A stretch of DNA of 64,000 bases, from assembly GCA_027078545.1 (NCBI GenBank), contig JALWXN010000004.1, positions 704,001 to 768,000 of the forward strand, read 5' to 3'. Made by a program: the position numbers and the translations under genes. Below the pieces are notes generated by a model, which saw only the letters and a program-made list of their open reading frames with translations, did not search any database and was not told the DNA's origin. Shown here one piece after another: positions 18,651-28,181 of this stretch; within the stretch, counting starts at the first letter, position 1; every line of letters starts with the position of its first letter. The DNA is from Nitrososphaeria archaeon (lineage in GTDB: Archaea; Thermoproteota; Nitrososphaeria; Geothermarchaeales; JDFR-13).

Positions 18651-18674
18651 GGATGATTAGTAATTAAATCATCC
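18651..18674. promoter_or_regulatory. Inverted repeat in the divergent marC/oxidase promoter region
   Basis: GGATGATT-N8-AATCATCC around an AT-rich core. Confidence 0.45.
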
Positions 18675-18769
18675 CCTGGGCATGGTTTAGAAAACATATA
18701 CTCCAAAGGTCTTAGGGATATACCATATATACAGATAGGGAGGAAGTATATACATGCGGGGGGTTCGAG

Positions 18770-19330
18770 ATGGAGGTCCAATGGGCCGTCGAGATGTTCT
18801 ACTACAGCCTCATAACGACCTACACCATAGTCATCCTACTATTCATCTACAAGACCCGTAAACCCCCCAAGATATCGACCGACGGCGGAGTCCACCAGGG
18901 GATGGATAGGCGGGAGAAGATATGGATGTACAGCCTGATAACAGTGGCAATAATAGGCAACATAATCTTCTTTAGTCCACTCATACCATCGATGCAGTAC
19001 AACATCTACCTTGACGAGGAGCCTGTGAAGACAATCGTGATAAGGATGGAGGACCATAGATTCATCCTGCCTGAGGAGCCTATAGTCATACCCCTGGGCG
19101 AGCCTGTGGAGTTCAAGGTGTATAGCGAGGATCTTACCTATGGCTTCGGGGTCTTCAGGGAGGATGGTATGCTAGTCTTCCAGATGCAGGTCGTGCCCGG
19201 CTATGAGAATAGGCTGGTCTGGATATTCACCGAGCCTGGCAACTACACGATCAGGAGTACTGAGTACAGTGGGCCGGAGCATCCCTACATGTATATCGAG
19301 GACGCGATAGTCGTGGAGGAGGTGGGTTAG
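18770..19330 (+). CDS. Heme-copper oxidase subunit II lacking CuA ligands (gNOR-like)
   Basis: Two TMs, DLTYGF (H to Y), QVVPGY, RSTEYSGPEHPYM (both Cys to Ser). Confidence 0.85.
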   Translation: MEVQWAVEMFYYSLITTYTIVILLFIYKTRKPPKISTDGGVHQGMDRREKIWMYSLITVAIIGNIIFFSPLIPSMQYNIYLDEEPVKTIVIRMEDHRFILPEEPIVIPLGEPVEFKVYSEDLTYGFGVFREDGMLVFQMQVVPGYENRLVWIFTEPGNYTIRSTEYSGPEHPYMYIEDAIVVEEVG

Positions 19331-19331
19331 C

Positions 19332-20864
19332 ATGGGGCCTAGGGAGAAGCTAGCCCTTAAATACGTCTTGGCAGGGGTCTTCTGGCTAGGCGTCGCAGGT
19401 ATAGAGGGCATATTAATGAGGCTCAGGATACTTAACCTCCTCACCGAGATCTATACACCTGAGCATTACTACGCCATGATGACTGTCCACCCCTTTGTAG
19501 GCATATATGGCTGGGCCTACATGGCCGTCATGGGTGCCTTCTACTACCTAGTCCCGGTCGTGCTTAAGAAGGATCTCTATAGTGAGTGGGTCGCCAACCT
19601 GGCCTGGTATGTGATGATGGCCGGTGTATTGATAACCTGGCTCTCAGGCTTCCTATTCAGCTATAGCCCCCTATACACGCTCTACTGGCCCCTACCAGTC
19701 GTTGAGTATAACGGTATCCAGCAGATAGTCTTCGGCTTCGGCAGCGCACTCATCTTCATCTCCGTACTCATGTTCTTCTTCAACATGTTCGCCACGATCT
19801 TCCTCCCCCAGAGGGGCGCGGGTGGAGCTGGCTACGTGGCTAAGGAGCTCCTCACACTCGCCTTCAACCTTGATAAGCTGAAGGCTAAGACGAAGGGTAT
19901 TAAGGAGTATCTACCAAGGGTGAATAACTACCCAGTCTTCGTAGTGGGCGTCTTCAGGGGCTGTGTAGACACCACTCTTAACGCTATTGTCCTACTACTA
20001 GTATCCCTCACGATAGGTGTCTATGGGATAACGGAGGTTCTGGGCAACGAGCTGAGCCCCAGCCTTATAGACCCGCTTATCTATAAGAACGTCTTCTGGT
20101 GGGGCCTCGACCTCATAGCGGATGGCAACGTCCTCATCTTCACAGCGGCAACCTGGTACTTCCTGGTCCCACTACTTACTAACCAGCCACTATTCGGGGA
20201 GAACGTGGTTAGGAGCGTGATCCTGGCCGACCTCGTGATAAGCCTCTTCGTCTGGAACCACCACATGATGAGTGATACTCCACAGCCACTATTCCTACTC
20301 GTCCAGGGCCAGATATTCACATGGGGTGAGTTGATAACCATGGGGCTAACCATGTTCGCCGTGCTGATGACGATCTGGAGGGCTAGGCCGGTAGAGTATA
20401 GCCCAGCCCTACTGGCGATAGTCCTCTCGATCCTCGGCTACGCCATGGGTGGCTCGGCAGGTATGATACAGGCCAACATAGCTATGAACAGGTATTTCCA
20501 CAATACCCAGTGGGTCATAGGTATACATGGCCATATCCAGCTACTGGCTGGTCTTAGCCTAACGATCTTCGCGGCGATCTACGCACTAGCCCCGATCCTC
20601 ACTGGTAAGGAGATGGATAGGAGGCTGTCATACCTACACATTGTCCTCTTCTTCGTGGGGGCTGTGGTGATGGGTCTGAGTCAGGGAGCGGCTGGGGCCG
20701 CTGGTATGCTTAGGAGGACGCTGTACTTCAACGGTGAGTACGCTGGATACATGACTGTTGCCGCCATCGGGTCCTTCCTAATGGCGGTAGGCTTCCTAAT
20801 ATTCCTATACAACTTCGTCAAGACCTACGGCTTCAAGAGTGTGATAGAGGTTCTAAAGCCATAG
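19332..20864 (+). CDS. Heme-copper oxidase superfamily subunit I, divergent active site (putative NO reductase, gNOR-like)
   Basis: About 12 TMs; MTVHP heme His; WWGLDLIAD in place of WxxGHPxVY; VWNHHM; FHNTQWVIGIHGH; GMLRR. Confidence 0.85.
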   Translation: MGPREKLALKYVLAGVFWLGVAGIEGILMRLRILNLLTEIYTPEHYYAMMTVHPFVGIYGWAYMAVMGAFYYLVPVVLKKDLYSEWVANLAWYVMMAGVLITWLSGFLFSYSPLYTLYWPLPVVEYNGIQQIVFGFGSALIFISVLMFFFNMFATIFLPQRGAGGAGYVAKELLTLAFNLDKLKAKTKGIKEYLPRVNNYPVFVVGVFRGCVDTTLNAIVLLLVSLTIGVYGITEVLGNELSPSLIDPLIYKNVFWWGLDLIADGNVLIFTAATWYFLVPLLTNQPLFGENVVRSVILADLVISLFVWNHHMMSDTPQPLFLLVQGQIFTWGELITMGLTMFAVLMTIWRARPVEYSPALLAIVLSILGYAMGGSAGMIQANIAMNRYFHNTQWVIGIHGHIQLLAGLSLTIFAAIYALAPILTGKEMDRRLSYLHIVLFFVGAVVMGLSQGAAGAAGMLRRTLYFNGEYAGYMTVAAIGSFLMAVGFLIFLYNFVKTYGFKSVIEVLKP

Positions 20865-20887
20865 CCTCCCACCCCTACCCATTTTTT
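20865..20887 (+). terminator. C-rich plus oligo-T terminator
   Basis: CCTCCCACCCCTACCCATTTTTT after the stop codon. Confidence 0.55.
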
Positions 20888-20955
20888 ATCACATGTATTA
20901 TCGGGTATCGAGCCCCCTTTATTCCCCACCTCTATAGAGATATGTATATGAGCCT

Positions 20956-21555
20956 GTGATGAGTATATCCGAGGTCTCGATAGATATTGCTAGGAGCAGG
21001 TGTAGGCTCTACAGGAAGTATGGGAGCCGTATAAAGATCCTGTCGATCACGAATAATGGGGAGCGTATCATCCACCTCGTCACATGTCCAAAGGACCTGG
21101 TGGGTAATATCAGGGATGAGGAGGATCTCAAGGTACTGGGTCTAAACCTCGTCGATAACGAGGCGAGTGTATGGTGCCTATCCAGGGGCTGCGATGTATG
21201 TAAGCCGCTTGTGGATGAGGGCTGTATAATCCTGGATGGCTATATAGGGCAGGACGGCTCGATGAACATAACCTTCCTATCCCCCAGCGACAAGACTACT
21301 GAGAAGATCTTCAGGATCTATAGGGAGCTGGGTATCGAGTATGAGGTGAGGTATACGAGGAGGTATGGGAAGAGTAGGATACTGACCGATAGGCAGGAGC
21401 AGGTCCTATACCTGGCGTATAAAATGGGGTTCTTCGACTTCCCCAGGAAGACCTCGCTGAAGGAGCTGAGTGAGATACTGGGTATTAAGGAGGCGACCCT
21501 CAGCGAGATCCTGAGGAGGGGTGTGAAGAAGGTTATCCAGGAATACTTCAAATAG
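20956..21555 (+). CDS. HTH_10 (bacterio-opsin activator-type) transcription regulator
   Basis: LTDRQEQVLYLAYKMGFFDFPRKTSLKELSEILGI...LSEILRRG. Confidence 0.9.
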   Translation: MMSISEVSIDIARSRCRLYRKYGSRIKILSITNNGERIIHLVTCPKDLVGNIRDEEDLKVLGLNLVDNEASVWCLSRGCDVCKPLVDEGCIILDGYIGQDGSMNITFLSPSDKTTEKIFRIYRELGIEYEVRYTRRYGKSRILTDRQEQVLYLAYKMGFFDFPRKTSLKELSEILGIKEATLSEILRRGVKKVIQEYFK

Positions 21556-21653
21556 GCTCTACAGAGAATCTATAAAGTTTTAACTATTGCCACTCCTCCC
21601 CAGGATGTATAAACAGTCTGGTTAAATATTATGGCCCCCACTTATCTCGGCTC

Positions 21654-22211
21654 ATGAGCCGGGGAGATGGGCTTAGGTATGGACTCCTAGCCAGCATAGC
21701 AGCCTTCATAATTATCGAGTACCTCTTGATACAGGTCTTCCTATACGGTGTCTACACCCCCTATGCCTGGCCAAACATAATACTCATCTCGAGCCTCATA
21801 CCCATAGGGCTTGTAGCCTATATAGGCTATCTATCCTGGCTGGTTGAGGGTAGGGATGTGTTTAAATACGCCAGTGCACTGGCCCTCCTGCTTGGCTCGG
21901 CCTCCATCGCCACTGGCTATATGGGGGAGCCGGTATCCCTATACCTCCTCTTCACCGCATACTTCACCGAGGTTGTCGTCGGGCCCTTCCTCATGAGGGG
22001 GTTCGAGACCTATGACTGGCTAGGTGCCAGGCTCTTCCTGGTCGGTATCATGGGCTTCGTCCTCAGCCTCCCACTGGTCTCACTGGCGAACGAGTTTGCC
22101 CTTGTACCCTTCGCCGCCAACCTGTTGAAGGGATATGGACTCATAAGGATCTATCTAAAGGCTGTTGAGAAGCCTATACCTGTTGAGGAGGCGGTCGAGG
22201 CGGTTGCCTAG
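21654..22211 (+). CDS. Hypothetical multi-TM membrane protein
   Basis: About six hydrophobic segments, host-like codon usage. Confidence 0.6.
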   Translation: MSRGDGLRYGLLASIAAFIIIEYLLIQVFLYGVYTPYAWPNIILISSLIPIGLVAYIGYLSWLVEGRDVFKYASALALLLGSASIATGYMGEPVSLYLLFTAYFTEVVVGPFLMRGFETYDWLGARLFLVGIMGFVLSLPLVSLANEFALVPFAANLLKGYGLIRIYLKAVEKPIPVEEAVEAVA

Positions 22212-23053
22212 TGGTGTAGGCTGGCCTCCAACATACCCGTCTTCCTGACCAACCTCTCCACCAGCCTGAAGTATAGGTATGTTATGACTATCGTGGCTAG
22301 GGTCTTGATCACGAGCAGTGTCCATAGACCCCCTATATCCCCGGGTATGTAGCTGGGGTTTAGGTAGTGCCTCATAAGCTCCATCCACTCAACCATTGGG
22401 AAGATGTGTGCCAGGGGCTGTAGCCAGGGCGGGAGTGCAGATACTGGGTATAGCACGGCTCCTAGGAGGAATAGTAGGCCTCCGAAGGACTCGCTTATGA
22501 CTGGACCATACTCGGAGCTGTAGATGCTTAGGCCCGCCACTACTACCCCTATCTGGCTGCTCCAGGCGATGCCTATGAGGAGTAGGATGGCTATGTTGGG
22601 GAGTGTGTCGAGGCTCCCAAGCATTGGGTATCCTATAAGTAGCATTCCCAGCCCCAGCATTGCTAGGGAAGTGGCTAGTCCGACGAGGTAGTGGTATAGC
22701 CCGCGGGAGGTGAGGTATAGCTGTAGGTCTGGGAATGCTAAGTAGGTGTATTTCAGGGTTCTGAAGTGCTCCCTCTCACTATGGATCGTCCATATCACCC
22801 CGTATAGGCCGGAGCCTATATAGTTGAAGAGGGCTATCCCAGAGACCATGTAGAAGGCCGCCTCTGGACTGGTTATCCCTGATAGGTGGGCCACAGCTAT
22901 GTAGATATAGCCGTATAGAGCCACCTGGAACACGGGGTTTATAAAGATGTAGAGGAGGTATACGGGGAGGCTGGTCCAGTTACTCTGCTCCTTAAAGGTC
23001 AGCCATACGACGGCCAACATCCTCCTTATAATCCCCCACATAGCTATAGCCAC
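22208..23053 (-). CDS. ABC-2 type exporter permease
   Basis: Six TMs, YPVSALPPWLQPLAHIFP. Confidence 0.85.
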   Translation of the reverse strand: MAIAMWGIIRRMLAVVWLTFKEQSNWTSLPVYLLYIFINPVFQVALYGYIYIAVAHLSGITSPEAAFYMVSGIALFNYIGSGLYGVIWTIHSEREHFRTLKYTYLAFPDLQLYLTSRGLYHYLVGLATSLAMLGLGMLLIGYPMLGSLDTLPNIAILLLIGIAWSSQIGVVVAGLSIYSSEYGPVISESFGGLLFLLGAVLYPVSALPPWLQPLAHIFPMVEWMELMRHYLNPSYIPGDIGGLWTLLVIKTLATIVITYLYFRLVERLVRKTGMLEASLHH

Positions 23054-23865
23054 CTCATGATAAGCCTCCCATCCCTCCTCCCCTTCTCAACCATCCTATT
23101 CAGTATCCATATGCCGAGTGGGAGGAGGATAAGGGTCATTATCCCCAGGCCGGCTAGATGGATATATAGGTTCTCCATTCCCTCTCCAAGGAGTAGGGCC
23201 CTCCTGACACCGTCTAGACCTATGGTGAGTGGTAGTAGGGATGCCACTGCCTGGAGCAGGGTTGGGAAGACGGATATCGGGTAGTACTGGCCGGATAGAA
23301 AGCTTATGGGGTCGCCCAACACCTCGTTTATCCTTATCCCCTTCCTCCCATATACCAGGTGCAGGCTTGAGAACATTAGGCCGAGGCTGTATAGAGCTGC
23401 TAGAGTGAGCAGGAAGACGAGTGTGGCTGGGAGGAGGCCAGCAGCATTGAACTCGGCTCCGAATACGAGTATCCCGATCAGCAGTATGGCTAGGCTCCTA
23501 ATACCAGTGTTTAGCATACCGCCTAGCGCCATACCCAGTAGGAGCATGTAGATCGGCCTATTGCTAAGTAGATATACCTCTAGGTTACCAGTCTCCTTCT
23601 CCCAGTATAGTACGTTGCCCATACCCCAGAGCACGTTGAACCAGAAGTTCATCATCATCGTGCCGACCACGACGAAGCCGATGAATATTCGGGGTGCGTC
23701 GAGGTTGTGGTACGCGTATATCACGCTGGCCATGAATATCGTTGGTAGGACAACCTCCCACAGGAGCCATGTCTTCACCCTCATGTTCCCCCTGATCCTC
23801 ACCCATGCCCTTGCATAGGCTGGTCTCAGGGCATCAAGTATCCTACTCATCAAGCCCCCTCCCAA
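23044..23865 (-). CDS. ABC-2 type exporter permease
   Basis: WEKETGNLE, SGQYYPISVFP..LQ..ASLLPLT. Confidence 0.85.
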   Translation of the reverse strand: MGGGLMSRILDALRPAYARAWVRIRGNMRVKTWLLWEVVLPTIFMASVIYAYHNLDAPRIFIGFVVVGTMMMNFWFNVLWGMGNVLYWEKETGNLEVYLLSNRPIYMLLLGMALGGMLNTGIRSLAILLIGILVFGAEFNAAGLLPATLVFLLTLAALYSLGLMFSSLHLVYGRKGIRINEVLGDPISFLSGQYYPISVFPTLLQAVASLLPLTIGLDGVRRALLLGEGMENLYIHLAGLGIMTLILLPLGIWILNRMVEKGRRDGRLIMRWL

Positions 23866-24847
23866 CCAGCTTTAGGAAGACGTCCTCCAGACTGATCTCA
23901 TCCCTCACGATCCTCCTAACCCTATACATCTTCCTCTCTAGGAGGCTGATCACCCTGGAGATGTCTTCATAAGCCATTATGATCCTAAGCCTAGCCTCTC
24001 CAGGTACGTTGCTCAGCCTTACCTTGTAGCCGATTACGCTGTCGAGCTCCCTCAGAAAGTCTAGGTTTCCATTACTCCCCTGTAGGGTCAGTTCATATAT
24101 TACGTGGCTACTGACCCTCTCCTTCAACTCCTCGACAGTTCCCTCCTCAATTATTCTGCCCCGATGTATGATCGCTACCCTGTCACACAGCTCCTCCACC
24201 TCGTGCATATAGTGGCTGGTCAGTAGGATAGTCTCTATATACCCCTCGTCCACCAGGCGTCTGATCAGCCTCCTTATAGACCTAGCGTTCTCAACATCGA
24301 GGCCTAGGGTCGGCTCATCTAGGAAGAGTATCCTCGGATTGTTTAGGAGTCCCCTGGCGAGGCTATATTTTTGAACCATCCCCGTGGAGAGCTCGTTGAG
24401 CCTCTTATTCATAAACTCGTCCAGTCCTATCAGCTGGGAGACCTCCTCCACCCTCCTCTCCGCCTCTCTCCGGCTATAGCCGTATAGCATAGCATAGTAG
24501 ATCAGGTTCTCTCTAGTAGTGAGTATCCCGTAGCCCGGCCTCTCACCACCCGAGACAAGGTTTATTATACTCCTGACCTTGGACGCCTCTCTAACTACGT
24601 GGTATCCACCTACATATGCGTCTCCCGAGGTGGGTAGTAGGAGTGTGGATAGGATCCTTATCAACGTTGTCTTCCCCGCCCCGTTGGGGCCGAGTAGGCC
24701 ATATATCATCCCGCTGGGTATCTCCAGGTTGACCCCGTCGAGGGCCCTGAAGACACCCTTACTCGTCTTGAACTCCCTGACGAGGTCTATCGTCTTTATA
24801 GCCGTCTCCAAGGGGCTCCACCAATATATAGTGGCTATGGAGGCCAT
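23843..24847 (-). CDS. ABC exporter ATP-binding protein (true start probably TTG about 24811)
   Basis: Walker A GPNGAGKTT, LSTGM signature, LFLDEPT, TSHYM. Confidence 0.92.
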   Translation of the reverse strand: MASIATIYWWSPLETAIKTIDLVREFKTSKGVFRALDGVNLEIPSGMIYGLLGPNGAGKTTLIRILSTLLLPTSGDAYVGGYHVVREASKVRSIINLVSGGERPGYGILTTRENLIYYAMLYGYSRREAERRVEEVSQLIGLDEFMNKRLNELSTGMVQKYSLARGLLNNPRILFLDEPTLGLDVENARSIRRLIRRLVDEGYIETILLTSHYMHEVEELCDRVAIIHRGRIIEEGTVEELKERVSSHVIYELTLQGSNGNLDFLRELDSVIGYKVRLSNVPGEARLRIIMAYEDISRVISLLERKMYRVRRIVRDEISLEDVFLKLVGRGLDE

Positions 24848-24865
24848 GCTTGATTAATATATGGT

Positions 24866-25630
24866 CTATCCACCCCTCATCTCTGGTGGGTATAGGTCTC
24901 TGTAGAGGCATTTATCAGGCTCTATCACCAGGTCGCGCCATGTCCCCTCTCCCAGTATGTCTAGTCCCCTTACCAGTGCCCCGGGCCTCGACTCGCTCCC
25001 CTCACCCATGACTAGGTGTGCCGCCGAGGCTATCTCATCCGCCAGGTTTAGGACTGTGTACTCTATCCTCCGGCCATACATGTCCTTCTCGCCCCTATAG
25101 TCCCTCAGGGGCTTGATCCCGGCTATATCCACTGCGTATGCCCTGGTACCCATCCTGAGGGGGTATACTACGCTGTCCGTTATAACAACGCCTATCTCGA
25201 CCTCCAGCCTATGCATAACCACATTCCTAATCTCGTTGGCCACCCCCCTTAGTAGGTGTGGCGGTAGGGCGGCCCTCCCATGCCCAATGTTCTTCCTATC
25301 TATCCCCGCGTTGGCCGTCAATACGCCGCCTGTATAGGTCAGTATGACTCCCTCCACGCCTCCTAGTATGGCGTCGGAGTATTCAGTGACTAGCTGGGCC
25401 ATCCTTGGGTCTACACGGTATTCCTCGGCGAGCATTATGGCATATTTACTTAGTAGCACCTTGTTCAGCTCTACATACATCTCCCTAGCCATTAGGAGGG
25501 GTTTCGAGGCCAGTACAAGTATGTCTCCATCCTGTATCATTGTCCTGAGCCTATCCACAAGCTTGTCGAGGAACTCTCTCCACCCAGGCTCTACACGCAT
25601 CTCGATGGGTATGATGCTTATCCCATCCAT
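24866..25630 (-). CDS. cofE: Coenzyme F420:gamma-glutamyl ligase family
   Basis: ASK, ANAGID..N, ITDS..PLRMG, ADEIASAAHLVMGEG..PGALVRG. Confidence 0.85.
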   Translation of the reverse strand: MDGISIIPIEMRVEPGWREFLDKLVDRLRTMIQDGDILVLASKPLLMAREMYVELNKVLLSKYAIMLAEEYRVDPRMAQLVTEYSDAILGGVEGVILTYTGGVLTANAGIDRKNIGHGRAALPPHLLRGVANEIRNVVMHRLEVEIGVVITDSVVYPLRMGTRAYAVDIAGIKPLRDYRGEKDMYGRRIEYTVLNLADEIASAAHLVMGEGSESRPGALVRGLDILGEGTWRDLVIEPDKCLYRDLYPPEMRGG

Positions 25631-25743
25631 CCCATTGCACCGGATACTGGATTGGTCGTCGCCACATTATATGTTATATACGGCGGCCAGAAATCGTATT
25701 ATAAATCTTCTCTTGACTTGGGCATGGATATGGGTGTCTAGGG

Positions 25744-27012
25744 ATGGGGGATAGGTTCGACGTAGTGGTGATCGGGGCGGGGCCGGCTGGCTCCTCAGCA
25801 GCATACAACCTTGCGAAGAGGGGCTTCAAGGTCGCCCTGATAGAGAGGGGGCGGAAGCCCGGCTCCAAGAACATGTTTGGGGGGCGTGTATATGCAAAGC
25901 CCCTGGAGGAGGCCTTCGACGGCCTGGATAAGGCGCCTATCCATAGGTGGGTGGTGAAGGAGCGGCTATCGATAGTGAATGGGGAGGAGTACGTCACCCT
26001 CGAGTATAGTGGTAGTGGGGGGAAGAGCTTCACCACATACCTGACCGACCTCACAGACTGGATGGCCAGCAAGGCGGTCGATGCTGGTGCAACCCTGATC
26101 ACAGAGGTGGTCGTGGATAGGCTCCTGATTAGGGATGGACGCGTCGCAGGGATCGTCTCAGGCAGTGACGAGCTGGAGGCTGATGTGGTGGTCGATGCCG
26201 AGGGGGTTAATAGGCTCGTGCTCGAGAAGAGCGGCCTCGTTGAGAGGCTTACACCTAGGCATGTAGCCCTCGGTGTGAAGGAGGTGATCAAGGTTGAGAA
26301 GGGGGATATCGAGAAATTCTTCGGCCTCGGTGAGGATGAGGGCCTCGCCTGGGTATTCATGGGTAGTGTGAGCGACGGCCTCCCCGGGGGCGGCTTCTTC
26401 TACACGAATAGGGATAGCCTGAGCCTAGGCCTAGTAATCTATCTCGAGAAGGCTGTGGAGGGGATGAAGCGGCATATCTACGACATGGTGGAGGATCTTA
26501 GGATAGGCCCCCTATTCAGCAAGTATGTTGAGAATGGTAGGGTGATGGAGTACTCGGCCCACATGATACCAGCCGATCCAAGGGCTATCAGGCCTCCACG
26601 CCTGGTCTGGGACGGCCTCCTAGTTACCGGTGACGCCGCCGGCCTACTCATAAACATGGGCTATACCTACCGCGGAGTCGATACAGCCGCCTATTCAGGC
26701 ATGTTGGCCGCCAAGGCTATTGAGGAGGCGGAGGGGGATTACAGCGCCTCCAGCCTAAAAAGGTATGAGGAGATGCTTATGAAGAGCTATGTGGGACGTG
26801 ACCTAGAGAAGTTCAAGGGTGTCCACGACCTATACATGAACCCGAGGCTCTTCAAGGAGTACCCCATCCTCCTAACCGGCCTCCTCAGGAGGCTATACGA
26901 GTTCGACTATGGTGGGTATAGGCTATCCGAGGCCTTCTCCGAGGCTAGGAGAGGCCTTGTGAGCCTACCCCGTATAATACTCGACCTCTTGGAGGTGTAT
27001 AGGAAGCTATGA
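25744..27012 (+). CDS. fixC: ETF-quinone oxidoreductase FixC
   Basis: GAGPAG, PGSKNMFGG, GGGFFYTN, EYSAHMIP, GDAAG. Confidence 0.92.
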   Translation: MGDRFDVVVIGAGPAGSSAAYNLAKRGFKVALIERGRKPGSKNMFGGRVYAKPLEEAFDGLDKAPIHRWVVKERLSIVNGEEYVTLEYSGSGGKSFTTYLTDLTDWMASKAVDAGATLITEVVVDRLLIRDGRVAGIVSGSDELEADVVVDAEGVNRLVLEKSGLVERLTPRHVALGVKEVIKVEKGDIEKFFGLGEDEGLAWVFMGSVSDGLPGGGFFYTNRDSLSLGLVIYLEKAVEGMKRHIYDMVEDLRIGPLFSKYVENGRVMEYSAHMIPADPRAIRPPRLVWDGLLVTGDAAGLLINMGYTYRGVDTAAYSGMLAAKAIEEAEGDYSASSLKRYEEMLMKSYVGRDLEKFKGVHDLYMNPRLFKEYPILLTGLLRRLYEFDYGGYRLSEAFSEARRGLVSLPRIILDLLEVYRKL

Positions 27013-27317
27013 GTAGCCAGGCAGCTGGGGAGAGGAAGAGGAGGAAGATCAGGCTTGAGGATCTCCTGAACAATAATATATGGGACGTCGATCCAAGGCC
27101 ACATATTAGGCTGGACACCTCGAAGTGTAGGGACTGTAACTATAAGCCCTGTGTACTCCTATGCCCCACCGGCTGCTACACGACACATGGTGACGACGTC
27201 CTCTTCAGCTATGAGGGGTGTGTGGAGTGTGGAACCTGTAGGGTGGTATGCCCAGAGGAGGCTATCACCTGGGAATACCCCAGGAGTGGGCGTGGGATAC
27301 ACTTCCGCTTCAGCTAG
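27009..27317 (+). CDS. fixX: Ferredoxin-like FixX
   Basis: PHI, C..KPC..LCP..CY, CVECGTCRVVC, WEYPRSGRG. Confidence 0.92.
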   Translation: MSSQAAGERKRRKIRLEDLLNNNIWDVDPRPHIRLDTSKCRDCNYKPCVLLCPTGCYTTHGDDVLFSYEGCVECGTCRVVCPEEAITWEYPRSGRGIHFRFS

Positions 27318-27386
27318 TATATACCAATCCATCAACCGGGTGGAGAGACAATGATATGGATTAGGGTCTGGGGGAGGTAGTCCGAG

Positions 27387-28181
27387 GTGGGGCTGGACAT
27401 CATAGTCGGTATCAAATACGTCCCCAACACGACGAATGTCAACATCGATCCCAAGACGGGTACACTCGTGAGGGAAGGCGTGCCCAGCGTGGTGAATCCC
27501 CATGACCTCGTGGCTGTGGAGCTGGCCCTACGCCTACGCGACCGCTACGGGGGGAGCGTGACAGCCATATCTATGGCTCCTCCCCACGCAGTTGCTGGTC
27601 TTGAGCATGTCCTAGGCATGGGTGTAGACAGGGCTATACTAGTCTCCGACAGGGTATTCGCGGGGGCTGATACACTGGCGACCTCATATGTACTGGCTAA
27701 GACGATCGAGAGGATTGGGAGGTATGACCTGATAGTCATGGGTCAGGAGACCATCGACAGCTCCACAGGCCATATAGGGGCGCAGGTCGCCTCGTGGCTA
27801 GACCTTCCATACGTCTACTACGCGATAGAGGTTGAGTATACCGGGGACGGCTTCATCGTGACCCGTGAGCTGGAGGATAGGATAGAGAAGTATCGGCTCT
27901 CGAAGCCCGCGTTGATCTCGGCTAAGATGTACTCCCTGGAGCCTAGACAGGTGACGCTTAGGGATAAGCTCAGGGCAGTACTCGAGAGGCCTATTGAGAC
28001 GTGGAGCAATAAGGACCTAGGCCTAGACCCCAACTGTGTAGGGCTGAGGGGGAGCCCAACAATAGTCTCGAAGGTGGAGTTCACGCCGAAGGTCCCCAGG
28101 AAGAACATCATCTTCGAGGGGGATCTCCGGGAAGCCGTTAGGAAGCTTGTCCAGGCCCTGGTCGAGGAGGGGGTGATATAG
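27387..28181 (+). CDS. fixA: Electron transfer flavoprotein beta subunit
   Basis: KYVP, GTLVREG, NPHD, FAGADTLATS, GLRGSPT. Confidence 0.92.
   Translation: MGLDIIVGIKYVPNTTNVNIDPKTGTLVREGVPSVVNPHDLVAVELALRLRDRYGGSVTAISMAPPHAVAGLEHVLGMGVDRAILVSDRVFAGADTLATSYVLAKTIERIGRYDLIVMGQETIDSSTGHIGAQVASWLDLPYVYYAIEVEYTGDGFIVTRELEDRIEKYRLSKPALISAKMYSLEPRQVTLRDKLRAVLERPIETWSNKDLGLDPNCVGLRGSPTIVSKVEFTPKVPRKNIIFEGDLREAVRKLVQALVEEGVI

Noticed and set aside
18770-20864. Canonical cytochrome c oxidase, or a pseudogene
   Set aside because: Ligand substitutions are coordinated in both subunits, frames are intact and heme ligands are retained, indicating a distinct functional family
25674-26360. Long antisense and overlapping ORFs (also 40537-41145, 12520-13008, 61281-61763 and others)
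   Set aside because: Ser/Pro/Leu-rich shadows of well-supported genes, caused by codon bias
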